From: an uncultured cyanobacterium
Lineage (GTDB): Bacteria; Cyanobacteriota; Cyanobacteriia; Cyanobacteriales; Microcystaceae
Reading direction: 5' to 3'
DNA: 64,000 nucleotides
NCBI GenBank assembly: GCA_963807635.1
Contig: CAWEDJ010000022.1
Location: forward strand, 1 to 64,000
Shown here: piece after piece, positions 54,989-64,000 of the stretch
Numbering within the stretch: position 1 is the first letter of the stretch
Layout: each line of letters begins with the position of its first letter
Program-made: the position numbers and the translations under genes
The notes under the pieces: model-generated
What the model was told of the DNA's origin: nothing
The model's database searches: none
What the model saw: the letters and a program-made list of their open reading frames with translations, nothing else

Positions 54989-55702
54989 CTAACTGCGATC
55001 GCCTGATATCTCTAACTGGCTAAAGTAACCTATTAACGCAACTTTTGACATTTTTGCGTAACCTGCTACACCTCTTTCTTTGGCGATCTTTCTAAGTTCT
55101 GTTACTTTTAAGGCTTTCAACTCATCAATTGGAGGTAATGGTGGTGGTGGGGGAGGTGGTAAAGGAGTTAAATAAAAAGCTGTTTTAAAAGTATCTAATT
55201 TTTTGCCTTTTGTAATTCCACATTTTAAACTAATTACAGGATCAAAATTGTTCCAATACTCCCTAGAAGCTTGTTCTAACTTCTCTGTAGCGGATAATAA
55301 ACTAACCGTTTTTAACGGGCTACCTGGTTGACTAATTAAATATTTCAGAGTCGCTTTAATTTCATCTCTTGAAGCATTAGATAAATTAACTTTAGGGATT
55401 ATTTCTTTCGCTAAGACTTTAATTGTTTCTTCTGCTTCGGGAGTCGGTTCGATGACAATGCACCAAACTTTTTCAAGCCCTGCGGCTTCAGCAACGGTAT
55501 GAATAAAATTGCTTCCAACAACTTGATATTGATCTAATCCAATTTCTTTAACCATTAAAGGAATCCAGTTTCGCCCGCCATTTTTAGCTAAAATTTTAGC
55601 GGTCGCATTAACCAGAAATTCGGATTCATGACTATCTTCATTAGGGACAATATTTTCAAGATAAAAATATTTTAATTTTCCGATATCACTAAAATCACTC
55701 AT
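54989..55702 (-). CDS. ParB/Srx-like + HhH-like + poly-Pro + Rho N-terminal domain protein
   Basis: NWIPL.V...YQVVG.....A..AG.E.V.C.V, VNLSNASRDEI, a poly-Pro linker and LKVTELRKIAKERGV.GY..M.K..LI. Confidence 0.65.
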   Translation of the reverse strand: MSDFSDIGKLKYFYLENIVPNEDSHESEFLVNATAKILAKNGGRNWIPLMVKEIGLDQYQVVGSNFIHTVAEAAGLEKVWCIVIEPTPEAEETIKVLAKEIIPKVNLSNASRDEIKATLKYLISQPGSPLKTVSLLSATEKLEQASREYWNNFDPVISLKCGITKGKKLDTFKTAFYLTPLPPPPPPPLPPIDELKALKVTELRKIAKERGVAGYAKMSKVALIGYFSQLEISGDRS

Positions 55703-57129
55703 GATATAAAATATTCCTCAGCTAATTGTTTGTAATATTCAAAGGCTGTTTTGTGGGCATAAGTTGCGGGTTTTTGAGAGAATGCGTAATTGGCAATTAT
55801 TTCATACTCTGGCAAGCAGAAAATCTCCTGTTCAATACTCCTGGTTTGATTTTAGGAAAAAAATATGGCTCAAGATTTATCTTTGATCTATATCGATGTA
55901 AAATTTTTTGAATTTCTTGTTGTATTTTTTCTTTTTTAACATCATTCATTTTTCCTCCGTTGAAAAAAATAGGAAGAGCAACTGCGACAAAATCATAAAT
56001 TTCATTATTTGTTTGACGTGCTTTTTGGACTTCAGGAATAAAATCGGCGATCCCAATAGCAGCATTTTCTAGGGAATAAATATTGTTATGTTTAGTTGGA
56101 ATCAAAACAACATCGGCCGCATAGACCGCACTTTCGCTAAAAAAGTTCCAGTTGGGTGGTGTGTCAATGAGAATATAGTCATAATCATTTTTTAAAGAAA
56201 TTAATAAGTTATTCATACTTCTAGGACTAAATTTAGCACTCAAACTTGAAATACTTTGAAAACCTGGACTTGCGGGAATAATATCAAAGCCCCTAATTTC
56301 TTTTTTTCTTTTAATAATAATTTCGGTCTTATATTTACCAATAGCATTAGTTATCGGTATAGTTTTTGGATTATCTAAAGCATCATATAAAGTACTTTGG
56401 GGCTTAGTACTATGGATACCGTTTATTTGTATCGAATGAGTGAGATCCATTTGATGAGGATCAAAATCAATCACTAAAACTTTCTTACGAGCAAGGGATA
56501 AGACACTAGCTAAATTAACAGTTGTTGTCGTTTCAACACCACCTTTATTATTGTAAACTGCTATGGTTAAAGCTTTAGGATGATTATTAATCCAATGCTT
56601 GACTTGATCAGCAATTTTTATGACATTATCTGGATTTTATTTCTATACAGGGCATAACAGGATGAATGGCTTTTCCATGTTTCCTAAATACCTGTATATG
56701 ATTGCCATTGGTGATAATGCCCCATTTCACACTTGTACAACAATGAGGATCTTTAAAATACCCTGTAAGTTGTCGAACTGTTGATTTATAGAGAGCGGTT
56801 CCATAGGATAAGTTAAGAAAACCTGCATCGGTTGCTCTACCTTTTGCTTCTACAATAATTTCAGGTAAACTGCTTTTGGGAGATGTAGTTGCTATCGATA
56901 CAAATGATAGTGAATCACTGGGGTTACTTTTCCGAAGTGCGTAATCAACTGTTCTAGGAGTAGGTGTACTGTTTGTAGGAAAGCCTAAAATTATATCTGT
57001 GAGGGGGTTAAATCCCAAATATTCCAAAAAATGTGTGATAAAGTTAGCACAAACAGTTTGCTCTTTTGCATCAATCGGCAATTGTTCTAATAATTGAGCA
57101 AGATCAGAAGTTGTATGAGGTGAAGACAT
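55699..57129 (-). CDS. HsdR-N-like PD-(D/E)XK nuclease fused to ParA/Soj ATPase; frameshifts near 56636 and 55828
   Basis: TVDYAL...IVEAKG...QL..Y...WGIITNG, then IAVYNNKGGV..TTTVNLA, VIDFDP.Q, YDYILIDTPP; the reconstructed stop overlaps the next ATG (ATGA). Confidence 0.75.
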
Positions 57130-57256
57130 ATTTTCATCAAATTGAAACACAAATATTCTAAATGATAGGCAAGTATTTTGCAAGATTGATTAAATTATCG
57201 TAACAAAGCGCGATCGCCGATTTCATTATTGATTTTGCACAGGGTTAGTCACTATT

Positions 57257-58030
57257 TCAAGAAAAAAGATCACTAAAAGCGCGATCGCCTTCAGGAAACT
57301 CAAAATTAGCCGTCACATTTTGCACATCATCCAAAGACTCCAACGCATCCATTAACTTGAGTAACATTTTTGCCTGATCAATATCATTTACTTCTATCGT
57401 ATTTTCAGGAATCCAACAAATATCAACCTCCTCAATCTTAAAATTATGAGCCTTGAGAGTTTGGCTCAAAACTTCTAAATTAGCCACTTCCGTATAAACT
57501 TCCGCCCCTCCCCCTTCAGCTTCCTCTAACCATTCATAGGTATCCGCTCCCCCTTCCACCGAAGCTTCCAACAGCAGATCTTCCGAAATATCCCCTCCTA
57601 AACGAATCACCCCTTTTTCCACAAACATCCAACTCACACAGCCCGTTTCCCCTAAATTTCCCTTATTTTTACTAAACGCAGACCGTAAATCCGCCGCCGT
57701 GCGATTGCGATTATCCGTCAACGCCTCAATCAAGACCGCAACACCCCCCACACCATAACCCTCATACCGCACCGCCTGGAGAGCCGCGCCCCCATCCCCG
57801 TAGGTTCCCGCACCTTTCGCGATCGCCCGTTCAATATTTTCATTAGGAATATCTGCCGCCTTGGCTTTTTCAATAGCTGTCCGTAGCTGAAAATTTCCTG
57901 CGGGATCGGCGACCCCACTACTCGCCGCCACAATAATCGCACGGGACAATTGAGCAAAGGTTTTTCCTTTTTTAGCATCAACACGAGCCTTTTGTCGTTT
58001 GATATTCGCCCATTTACTATGACCTGCCAT
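57257..58030 (-). CDS. yebC: YebC/PmpR family protein
   Basis: MAGHSKWANIK, YEGYG..GVA, LTDNRNRT and DDVQNV..N. Confidence 0.95.
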   Translation of the reverse strand: MAGHSKWANIKRQKARVDAKKGKTFAQLSRAIIVAASSGVADPAGNFQLRTAIEKAKAADIPNENIERAIAKGAGTYGDGGAALQAVRYEGYGVGGVAVLIEALTDNRNRTAADLRSAFSKNKGNLGETGCVSWMFVEKGVIRLGGDISEDLLLEASVEGGADTYEWLEEAEGGGAEVYTEVANLEVLSQTLKAHNFKIEEVDICWIPENTIEVNDIDQAKMLLKLMDALESLDDVQNVTANFEFPEGDRAFSDLFS

Positions 58031-58282
58031 TGGCTAAAATTGGTATTGAAATTTACAAATATAGCTTACTACGAAAGGATTAATTATACAGAATTACATT
58101 CAATTGTAACGATTCTTAAATTTAACTATACAAAAATCGACGAGGCAATGTATCATCGTGAAACATAATTTACTATGAACTTTAAATATCGTATTTTTAT
58201 ATCTTTAATCCCCCAACACATCAAAGATGGAAGCCTTATTTTGAGTACATTAACCGCGATCAAACCCCAAGAAACCAGTTCG

Positions 58283-58477
58283 ATGAAATTAGGGCAAATT
58301 TTGCTCAGAAAAAATATCATCGCTCCTCAACAACTAGAAGAAGCGATTCAGGAACAAAATATCTATCCTCTCAAGCTGGGTGAAATCTTAATTCAGAAAG
58401 GCTGGCTGGCTCCCCAGGCATTGCAAGAAGCTCTTCAAGAACAAAATTGGCGAAAAAAAGGGTTCTGGATTATTTAG
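58283..58477 (+). CDS. Stand-alone MshEN-like protein
   Basis: Tandem KLGQILLRKNII..QQLEEAIQEQ / KLGEILIQKGWL..QALQEALQEQ; the ORF could start as far up as 58175. Confidence 0.65.
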   Translation: MKLGQILLRKNIIAPQQLEEAIQEQNIYPLKLGEILIQKGWLAPQALQEALQEQNWRKKGFWII

Positions 58478-58674
58478 CTCATCATTAATTGAAGATCAAG
58501 ATAAAAGCTATTTTTTTCCCTACTTTCTTGCCCCATAGAAGAGGTGAGGAGTTACTGTGCTAATTTTTGCTGAGAAGGATAGGCATTCTTTAAAGCCCTG
58601 TTCGCTTTTTTATTGTCGAAGGAAACTGTTACTCTAGTATTTAGGTCTTCCAGATTACTGACAATATTTTTCTC

Positions 58675-59019
58675 ATGACTAAACCGAGCTTGGAAATCAG
58701 CGTTCAAGAATTAGCTCTCCGCTTGTCCGACAGGAAACCCGATCTACAACTGATTGATGTCCGTGAACCCCATGAGGTCGCGATCGCCCATTTAGAGGGA
58801 TTTGATGTTCTTCCCCTGAGTGATTTTGCCAATTGGTCAGAAACTATCCAGTCTCGTTATCAATCGGATCTAGAAACTCTGGTGATTTGCCATCACGGAA
58901 TGCGATCGGATAGGATGTGCCAATGGTTACGGAATATCGGTTTTAGCAATGTTAAAAATATAGTAGGTGGTATAGATGCCTATTCGCTTTTTGTTGATCC
59001 GAAAGTTTCACGCTACTAA
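58675..59019 (+). CDS. Single-domain rhodanese
   Basis: LIDVRE..E, CHHGMRS and GGIDAYS..VDP.V.RY. Confidence 0.92.
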   Translation: MTKPSLEISVQELALRLSDRKPDLQLIDVREPHEVAIAHLEGFDVLPLSDFANWSETIQSRYQSDLETLVICHHGMRSDRMCQWLRNIGFSNVKNIVGGIDAYSLFVDPKVSRY

Positions 59020-59072
59020 ATGCGAATCATCGTTATTGTTAGAAGATTGTTAGAAGTTATTTTGATTCAACC

Positions 59073-60149
59073 ATGCTAAATAAAACCCATTTGACCGAGC
59101 GTTATCAAAATATTCTTCGTGCCACCATTCAACACTATATTGCGACGGCTGAACCCGTTGGCTCCAAAACCCTTTTAGAAGAATATAAATTTAGGATTAG
59201 TTCTGCTACGATTCGGAATGCTTTGGGAAGTTTAGAAAAAGCAGGTTTACTCTATCAACCCCACATTTCGGCTGGGCGCATTCCCTCGGATTCGGGTTAT
59301 CGCATTTATGTCGATCAGCTATTAACATTTAATGCGAATAAAAAAGAAAAAATTGATCAATCCCTACAGCAACAATTGACTTCCCAAGGCTGGAGTTTAG
59401 AAACCCTTTTACAACGGGCAACCCAAATTCTAGCGAGTCTGAGCGGTTATATTGCCCTCATTACCTTTCCCCAAACTACGACCATTCAACTGCGTCATTT
59501 GCAACTGGTTCAGGTTTCCCCAGGGCAGGTCATGATTATTATTGTGACGGATGCCTATCAAACCCATTCTATTTTAATGGATTTACCCCAAAATTCAGAA
59601 TTAGAAACCCCTATTTCTCCTGAAGATTTTGAAGAAGAATTACAGATTTTATCCAATTTTTTAAATAGTCAACTTAAAGGTAAAAACCTATCAGAATTAT
59701 CTACCTTAAATTGGCAGGAAATGGATCAAAAGTTCACTTCCTATACGGATTTTCTGAAAATTTTATTAAAAAAACTAGAGCCATTCTTACAATCCTCTGC
59801 ACCAATGGTAATTCATGGCGTTTCTGAGGTCATTCGTCAACCTGAATTTTCCCAATTAGAACAGGTACAAATGTTACTGCGTTTATTGGAACAGGAGCAA
59901 GATCAACTTTTTCCCCTTATTTTTGAATTGCCCGATCGCGACCATCTAGCAAAATCCGTCAGTATTCGCATTGGGGCAGAAAATCCCTTGGAATCGATGC
60001 GTCCCTGTACCCTAGTTTCAGCGTTATACCATCAGGGTGATGTTCCCGTCGGTAGTGTGGGGATTATTGGCCCGACTCGGATGCTCTATGAACAAACCAT
60101 TCCTCTGGTGGAATCCACCGCTAATTATCTATCAGAAGCCCTGAGTTAG
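59073..60149 (+). CDS. hrcA: Heat-inducible transcription repressor
   Basis: EPVGSK, SSATIRN, QPH.SAGRIP..GYR.YVD and IIGPTRM.Y. Confidence 0.95.
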   Translation: MLNKTHLTERYQNILRATIQHYIATAEPVGSKTLLEEYKFRISSATIRNALGSLEKAGLLYQPHISAGRIPSDSGYRIYVDQLLTFNANKKEKIDQSLQQQLTSQGWSLETLLQRATQILASLSGYIALITFPQTTTIQLRHLQLVQVSPGQVMIIIVTDAYQTHSILMDLPQNSELETPISPEDFEEELQILSNFLNSQLKGKNLSELSTLNWQEMDQKFTSYTDFLKILLKKLEPFLQSSAPMVIHGVSEVIRQPEFSQLEQVQMLLRLLEQEQDQLFPLIFELPDRDHLAKSVSIRIGAENPLESMRPCTLVSALYHQGDVPVGSVGIIGPTRMLYEQTIPLVESTANYLSEALS

Positions 60150-60182
60150 GCGATCACAGATTAACCTTTTGTACTCAAAATT

Positions 60183-60413
60183 ATGGAAATTCAACTTCAG
60201 CAATTCCAAACTCAATCTCTCCAACTCATTGAACAATTAAAGCAGACAGGCGAAGAAATCACCCTGACAGAAAATGGAAAAGCGATCGCCAAAGTTGTCC
60301 CGATCCTCTCCCAAAAAACAAGTTCATTTATTGGCTATATGCAAGGTAGTATTGTCGTTCATGGTGACATTATTGAACCAGTTGGTGACAGATGAGAAGT
60401 GAGCGAATCATGA
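60183..60413 (+). pseudogene. Phd/YefM-family antitoxin with premature TGA at 60393
   Basis: GEEITLT.NGK.IAKVVP...GDIIEPV; reading through TGA gives EVSES*, whose stop overlaps the toxin ATG. Confidence 0.7.
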
Positions 60414-60557
60414 GCCAAAAGCTGCTTTTATTAGATACTCATATCTGGATTTGGGCTGTTAATAAAGAGGTCGATAAATTATCCGTTACGCTTTAAATAC
60501 TATTGCTCAAGCTGAATTTAGCCAAAACTTAGCAATCTCTGCTATTTCTGTTTGGGG
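60410..60557 (+). pseudogene. vapC: Truncated VapC/PIN toxin
   Basis: MSQKLLLLDTHIWIWA, a frameshift, then AISAISVW, after which similarity stops. Confidence 0.75.
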
Positions 60558-60707
60558 TAATGTTTTAGACCTGTGAATCGTGTTTCTGAAAGGCAGTCAG
60601 CCCATTCATTGTGACGTGTCTTATCTACAGATTCAGGACATTATCAAGGCAGATTTGGGACTGAGGGATAGGATAATCCGCGATTGCCCTCTATTCAATT
60701 ACTAGCA

Positions 60708-62257
60708 TTAATTGTTGATTAACCCCTTAGATTGTAAAAAAGATCTAGCGGATTCCTCCACAGATTTAACTTGATTATCCACTTGATAATTTAATTGTTG
60801 CATTTCTTCCGCCGAAATTTGACCTGATAACTTTAAAATAGCCGCCCGTAATTGGGGATATTTTTGGAGAGTTTTTTCATTAAAAACGGGAACCGCATCA
60901 TAGGGGGGGAAAATAATGTTTATCATCTTGCAAAATCACTAACTTTAAAATGGGAATCAAACCATCCGTCGAGTTTCCTGCAACTAAATCGACCTGTTTA
61001 TCTGCCAAAGCCCGATACATTAAACCTAAATCCATTTCCTTGGGAGCCTTCGCAAATTCTAAACCGTAGGTTTTTGCTAAACCAGGAAAACCATCTTCTC
61101 TCGCTAAAAATTCATAGCCAAATCCTGCTTGCCATTGATTTGTATAACGAGCGGCTTCTGAAAGAGTTTTAATCTTTAAACGTTGAGCATCGGCTCCACG
61201 AATGACGATCGCGAAGGTATTTTCAAAGCCCAGGGAAGGCATCACGGTTAAATCAAATTGCTTTTGATAGGCTTGTTTGACTAGACGATAAACCTCTTGG
61301 GAATTATTAATAATCGGTTCTTTTAAAATCGCCGTTAATGCCGTTCCCGTATATTCCAAATAACCCGCAATTTTGCCTGCTTTGACTGCTTCATGGCAAA
61401 TAAAAGTTCCCCCTAAATTAAACTTGCGATTAACTTTTAGATTGGTATTATGCTCGATTTGTTGGGCTAGTATTTCACTCAAAATCACTTGTTCTGTGAA
61501 GTTTTTAGAACCAATGGTAATTTCGCCTCCACTTTTATTATTAAAGTTTATTTGTTGATAAAAAAGACCAATAGAGCTAAATAATAGAAATCCTGCTAAA
61601 CCTAACCAAATTAACCGCTTTTTTCGAGAAAAAGGTTGGCGGGGAGTTCGTCGGGTTAATTGTTTTTCTAACCAACCGATTCCCCAATCAGCACCTAGTG
61701 CAATCATAGCAGAGGGAATGGCTCCTGCTAAAATGAGTTGATTATTAACCGTTGAAATTCCTCGAAAAATAAAGGTTCCCAACCCCCCTGCTCCGATCGC
61801 GGCAGCAATGGTGGCAATGCCCACACAGATGACCGTCGAAACTCGAATCCCTGTCAAAATGACTTTTGAGCGCGAGGGGTAATTCGATATAAAACAAGAC
61901 TTGTCGGCGGCTCATTCCCATGGACAAACCCGCTTCGATGAAGCCTGGATCAACTTGATTTAACCCTGTATAGGTATTAGGATCAGGGGCAAGAGGGCAT
62001 AGAGGGTCAGGGCAACAATGGCAGGAATTTTGCCGATCCCACCGAGCAAGGGAACCGTGATTAAAAAACCAAAAATTGCTAGACTAGGAATGGTTTGAAT
62101 GGCGTTGGCAACCACCAAAATGGGCTTGGCAAACTGTTTCTGGCGAGTGATAAAAATTCCCAAGGGAATGCCAATGATGATCGCGACTTGCCATTGCAAT
62201 CAAAACCAAAACAAGATGTTCTCCCGTTCTCAGCAGAATTTCAGTAATTAGTTCCAT
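60708..62257 (-). CDS. Osmoprotectant (glycine betaine/choline) ABC permease + substrate-binding fusion; several frameshifts
   Basis: QTIPSLA, ALTLYALLP, ELPLA, IGAGGLG, GSKNFTEQ, EYTGT, GFENT and FPPYDA across consecutive ORFs. Confidence 0.85.
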
Positions 62258-62405
62258 AAATTATTTATTTTGACCTATAAACTCGAAAATTTCAGGGGAA
62301 GACGACGAATTACAGGGTTCCCGAAGTGAATTTTTCTCACTTAACCATACAGTGCCACCAGACCCGATAGGATAGTTATTAAACCCTTTTTCCGAGAGTA
62401 GCCCT

Positions 62406-63407
62406 ATGGATTTAATCAGCTTAGAAAACCTTCTGGATAATCTTTCCTTTTTAGTCCTTTTTGTGACCATGTTGGTTTATTGGACAGGGGCGGCTTTCCC
62501 GACGACCTGGCTTGCCAATCTCGGAACCGTCGGTGTGGCGATCGCGAATCTCTGTATGGCGGCATTGTTGGGAGCTAGATGGTTAGAAGCGGGTTATTTT
62601 CCCATTAGCAATCTCTACGAATCCCTCTTTTTCCTCGCTTGGGGCGTAACAACGGTTCATTTAATTGCCGAAAATATGAGTCGGAGTCGTCTGGTTGGTG
62701 TCTTTACCACTCCTGTAGCGATGGGAATCACAGCCTTTGCAACCCTCACCTTGCCCGCCGATATGCGTCTATCCGCGCCCCTAGTTCCCGCCCTCAAGTC
62801 CAATTGGTTGATGATGCACGTCAGCGTCATGATGATTAGTTATTCGGCGTTGATGGTCGGTTCATTGCTTGCGATCGCGTTTTTAGTAGTGACAATGGGG
62901 CAATCGGTAGAATTGCGCGGAAGTTCTATTGGAACGGGTAGCTATCGACCAGGGCAACTGTTAAAACAAGCGGCAACGGTTCAAACCAATCTTAATCAAC
63001 CTTTAGAAATTTCGACGAATAGCAATGTCGCTGTTTTCAGAAGCCGTCACGACGCTAACCGAAAATATTTCCCTTTCTCCCCAACGTCTGAGCCTCGCTG
63101 ACACTTTAGACAATATTAGTTATCGCATTATCGGTTTAGGTTTTCCCCTCCTGACCATCGGCATTATTGCAGGAGCCGTCTGGCCAACGAAGCTTGGGGT
63201 TCCTATTGGAGTTGGGACCCGAAGGAAACCTGGGCTTTAATTACCTGGTTGGTTTTCGCGGCCTATCTTCATTCACGGATTACCAAAGGTTGGCAGGGTC
63301 GTAAACCCGCAATTCTCGCCGCAACAGGGTTTTTCATGGTCTGGATTTGTTATTTAGGAGTCAATATTTTAGGAAAAGGCTTGCATTCCTACGGTTGGTT
63401 TTTCTAA
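62406..63407 (+). CDS. ccsB: c-type cytochrome biogenesis protein (CcsB/CcsA); frameshifts near 63038 and 63184
   Basis: [28 protein letters not shown] and GLHSYGW. Confidence 0.93.
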
Positions 63408-63442
63408 ACTGGCTCTTGAAAAATAGATGTTATTTCACTACT

Positions 63443-63511
63443 CCCTAAATCACCCAATTTTGAGGGACTTTCGATGTTATTTCCTCCAAAGTTGGGGGGG
63501 GGCAGGGGGAC
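63443..63511. repeat. Second, degenerate copy of the 31890-31973 palindromic repeat
   Basis: CCCTAAATCACCCAATTTTGAGGGACTTT...CCTCCAAAGTTGGGGGGGGCAGGGGG between convergent genes. Confidence 0.7.
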
Positions 63512-63520
63512 TTTCAATCA

Positions 63521-64000
63521 TTACAAATCTAAAATTACCTGAATCCAGTTGGGAGGTCGCGGAATCGGATTTCCCAGGCGATCAAATACCAGTAATGCCA
63601 CCAGATGCACCGCAAAAACGTAGATAAAACTATTAACAAAAATCATCAAAGCCGCGATCACCTGAATTAAGGTAAAGTCTGGCTGGGCAAGAATATTCAG
63701 TTTGAGAAAAGCCCAGTCAAAGAAATTGGTCATTTGAATAATGGCGTATTGCCAGAGATTTTCGCCTAATAATAAGGAAAAAAGCGAAACTCGAAAGAAA
63801 AAACCAAAAGTTCCGATCAGCGACCCTGTAAAAATAGAAAATAGCCAGGAAGATTGTCTCTGCCAACAAAATCCCAATTGTAGGCTTAATAATCCGTAGG
63901 GAATCAGGAAAACAATACTACGGGTCGGCCCCATCAAAACACAGAGCAACAATCCCGCGACAATCACCCCTTTAAGCGCAGAACGATATCCCCATCGTAA
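63521..64000 (-). CDS. DUF2232-like membrane protein (5' end outside window)
   Basis: LMGPTRS..F.IPYG, LLGENLW and LGNPIP.PP.W motifs. Confidence 0.7.
   Translation of the reverse strand, partial: LRWGYRSALKGVIVAGLLLCVLMGPTRSIVFLIPYGLLSLQLGFCWQRQSSWLFSIFTGSLIGTFGFFFRVSLFSLLLGENLWQYAIIQMTNFFDWAFLKLNILAQPDFTLIQVIAALMIFVNSFIYVFAVHLVALLVFDRLGNPIPRPPNWIQVILDL

Noticed and set aside
58106..58165. NtcA-like boxes between yebC and the MshEN gene
   Set aside because: Mismatched half-sites or wrong spacing in very AT-rich DNA; chance level.

Overview
Chromosomal window from a unicellular, Synechocystis-like cyanobacterium, judged from the dense HIP1 GCGATCGC octamers and from ndhQ, ftn6, glsF, ccsB and a BLUF gene. 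The backbone is housekeeping: queF, hhoA, hemB, znuAC, Fd-GOGAT, a CYP110-like P450, cimA, sulP, rnz, pyrD, a Liv/Nat-type ABC transporter, yebC, hrcA, an osmoprotectant ABC fusion and ccsB. Roughly two dozen single-base frameshifts interrupt genes, including essential ones. They are most likely long-read consensus errors, and many fall at GGCC, so split ORFs are reported as joined genes. Accessory elements are: an ISNCY element abutting an IS5 terminal repeat, a complete IS5, an Rpn + small ORF + type I R-M island, a chromosomal CyRepA1-type primase/helicase, a pair of secreted/membrane small proteins next to a GxxExxY pseudogene, a TPR gene between two MITE-like elements, Uma2, higBA inside 34-bp direct repeats, and a decayed vapBC. 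Two cassettes are the best candidates for an undescribed system. One couples a DUF4276/TOPRIM-like protein to a caspase-fold His-Cys protease (40691-42122). The other couples a restriction-nuclease-ParA fusion to a ParB-like/HhH/Rho-N protein (54989-57129). A sharp G/T-to-C/A strand-composition flip centred on hsdS is also notable. All family calls rest on motif recognition by eye; no searches were run.
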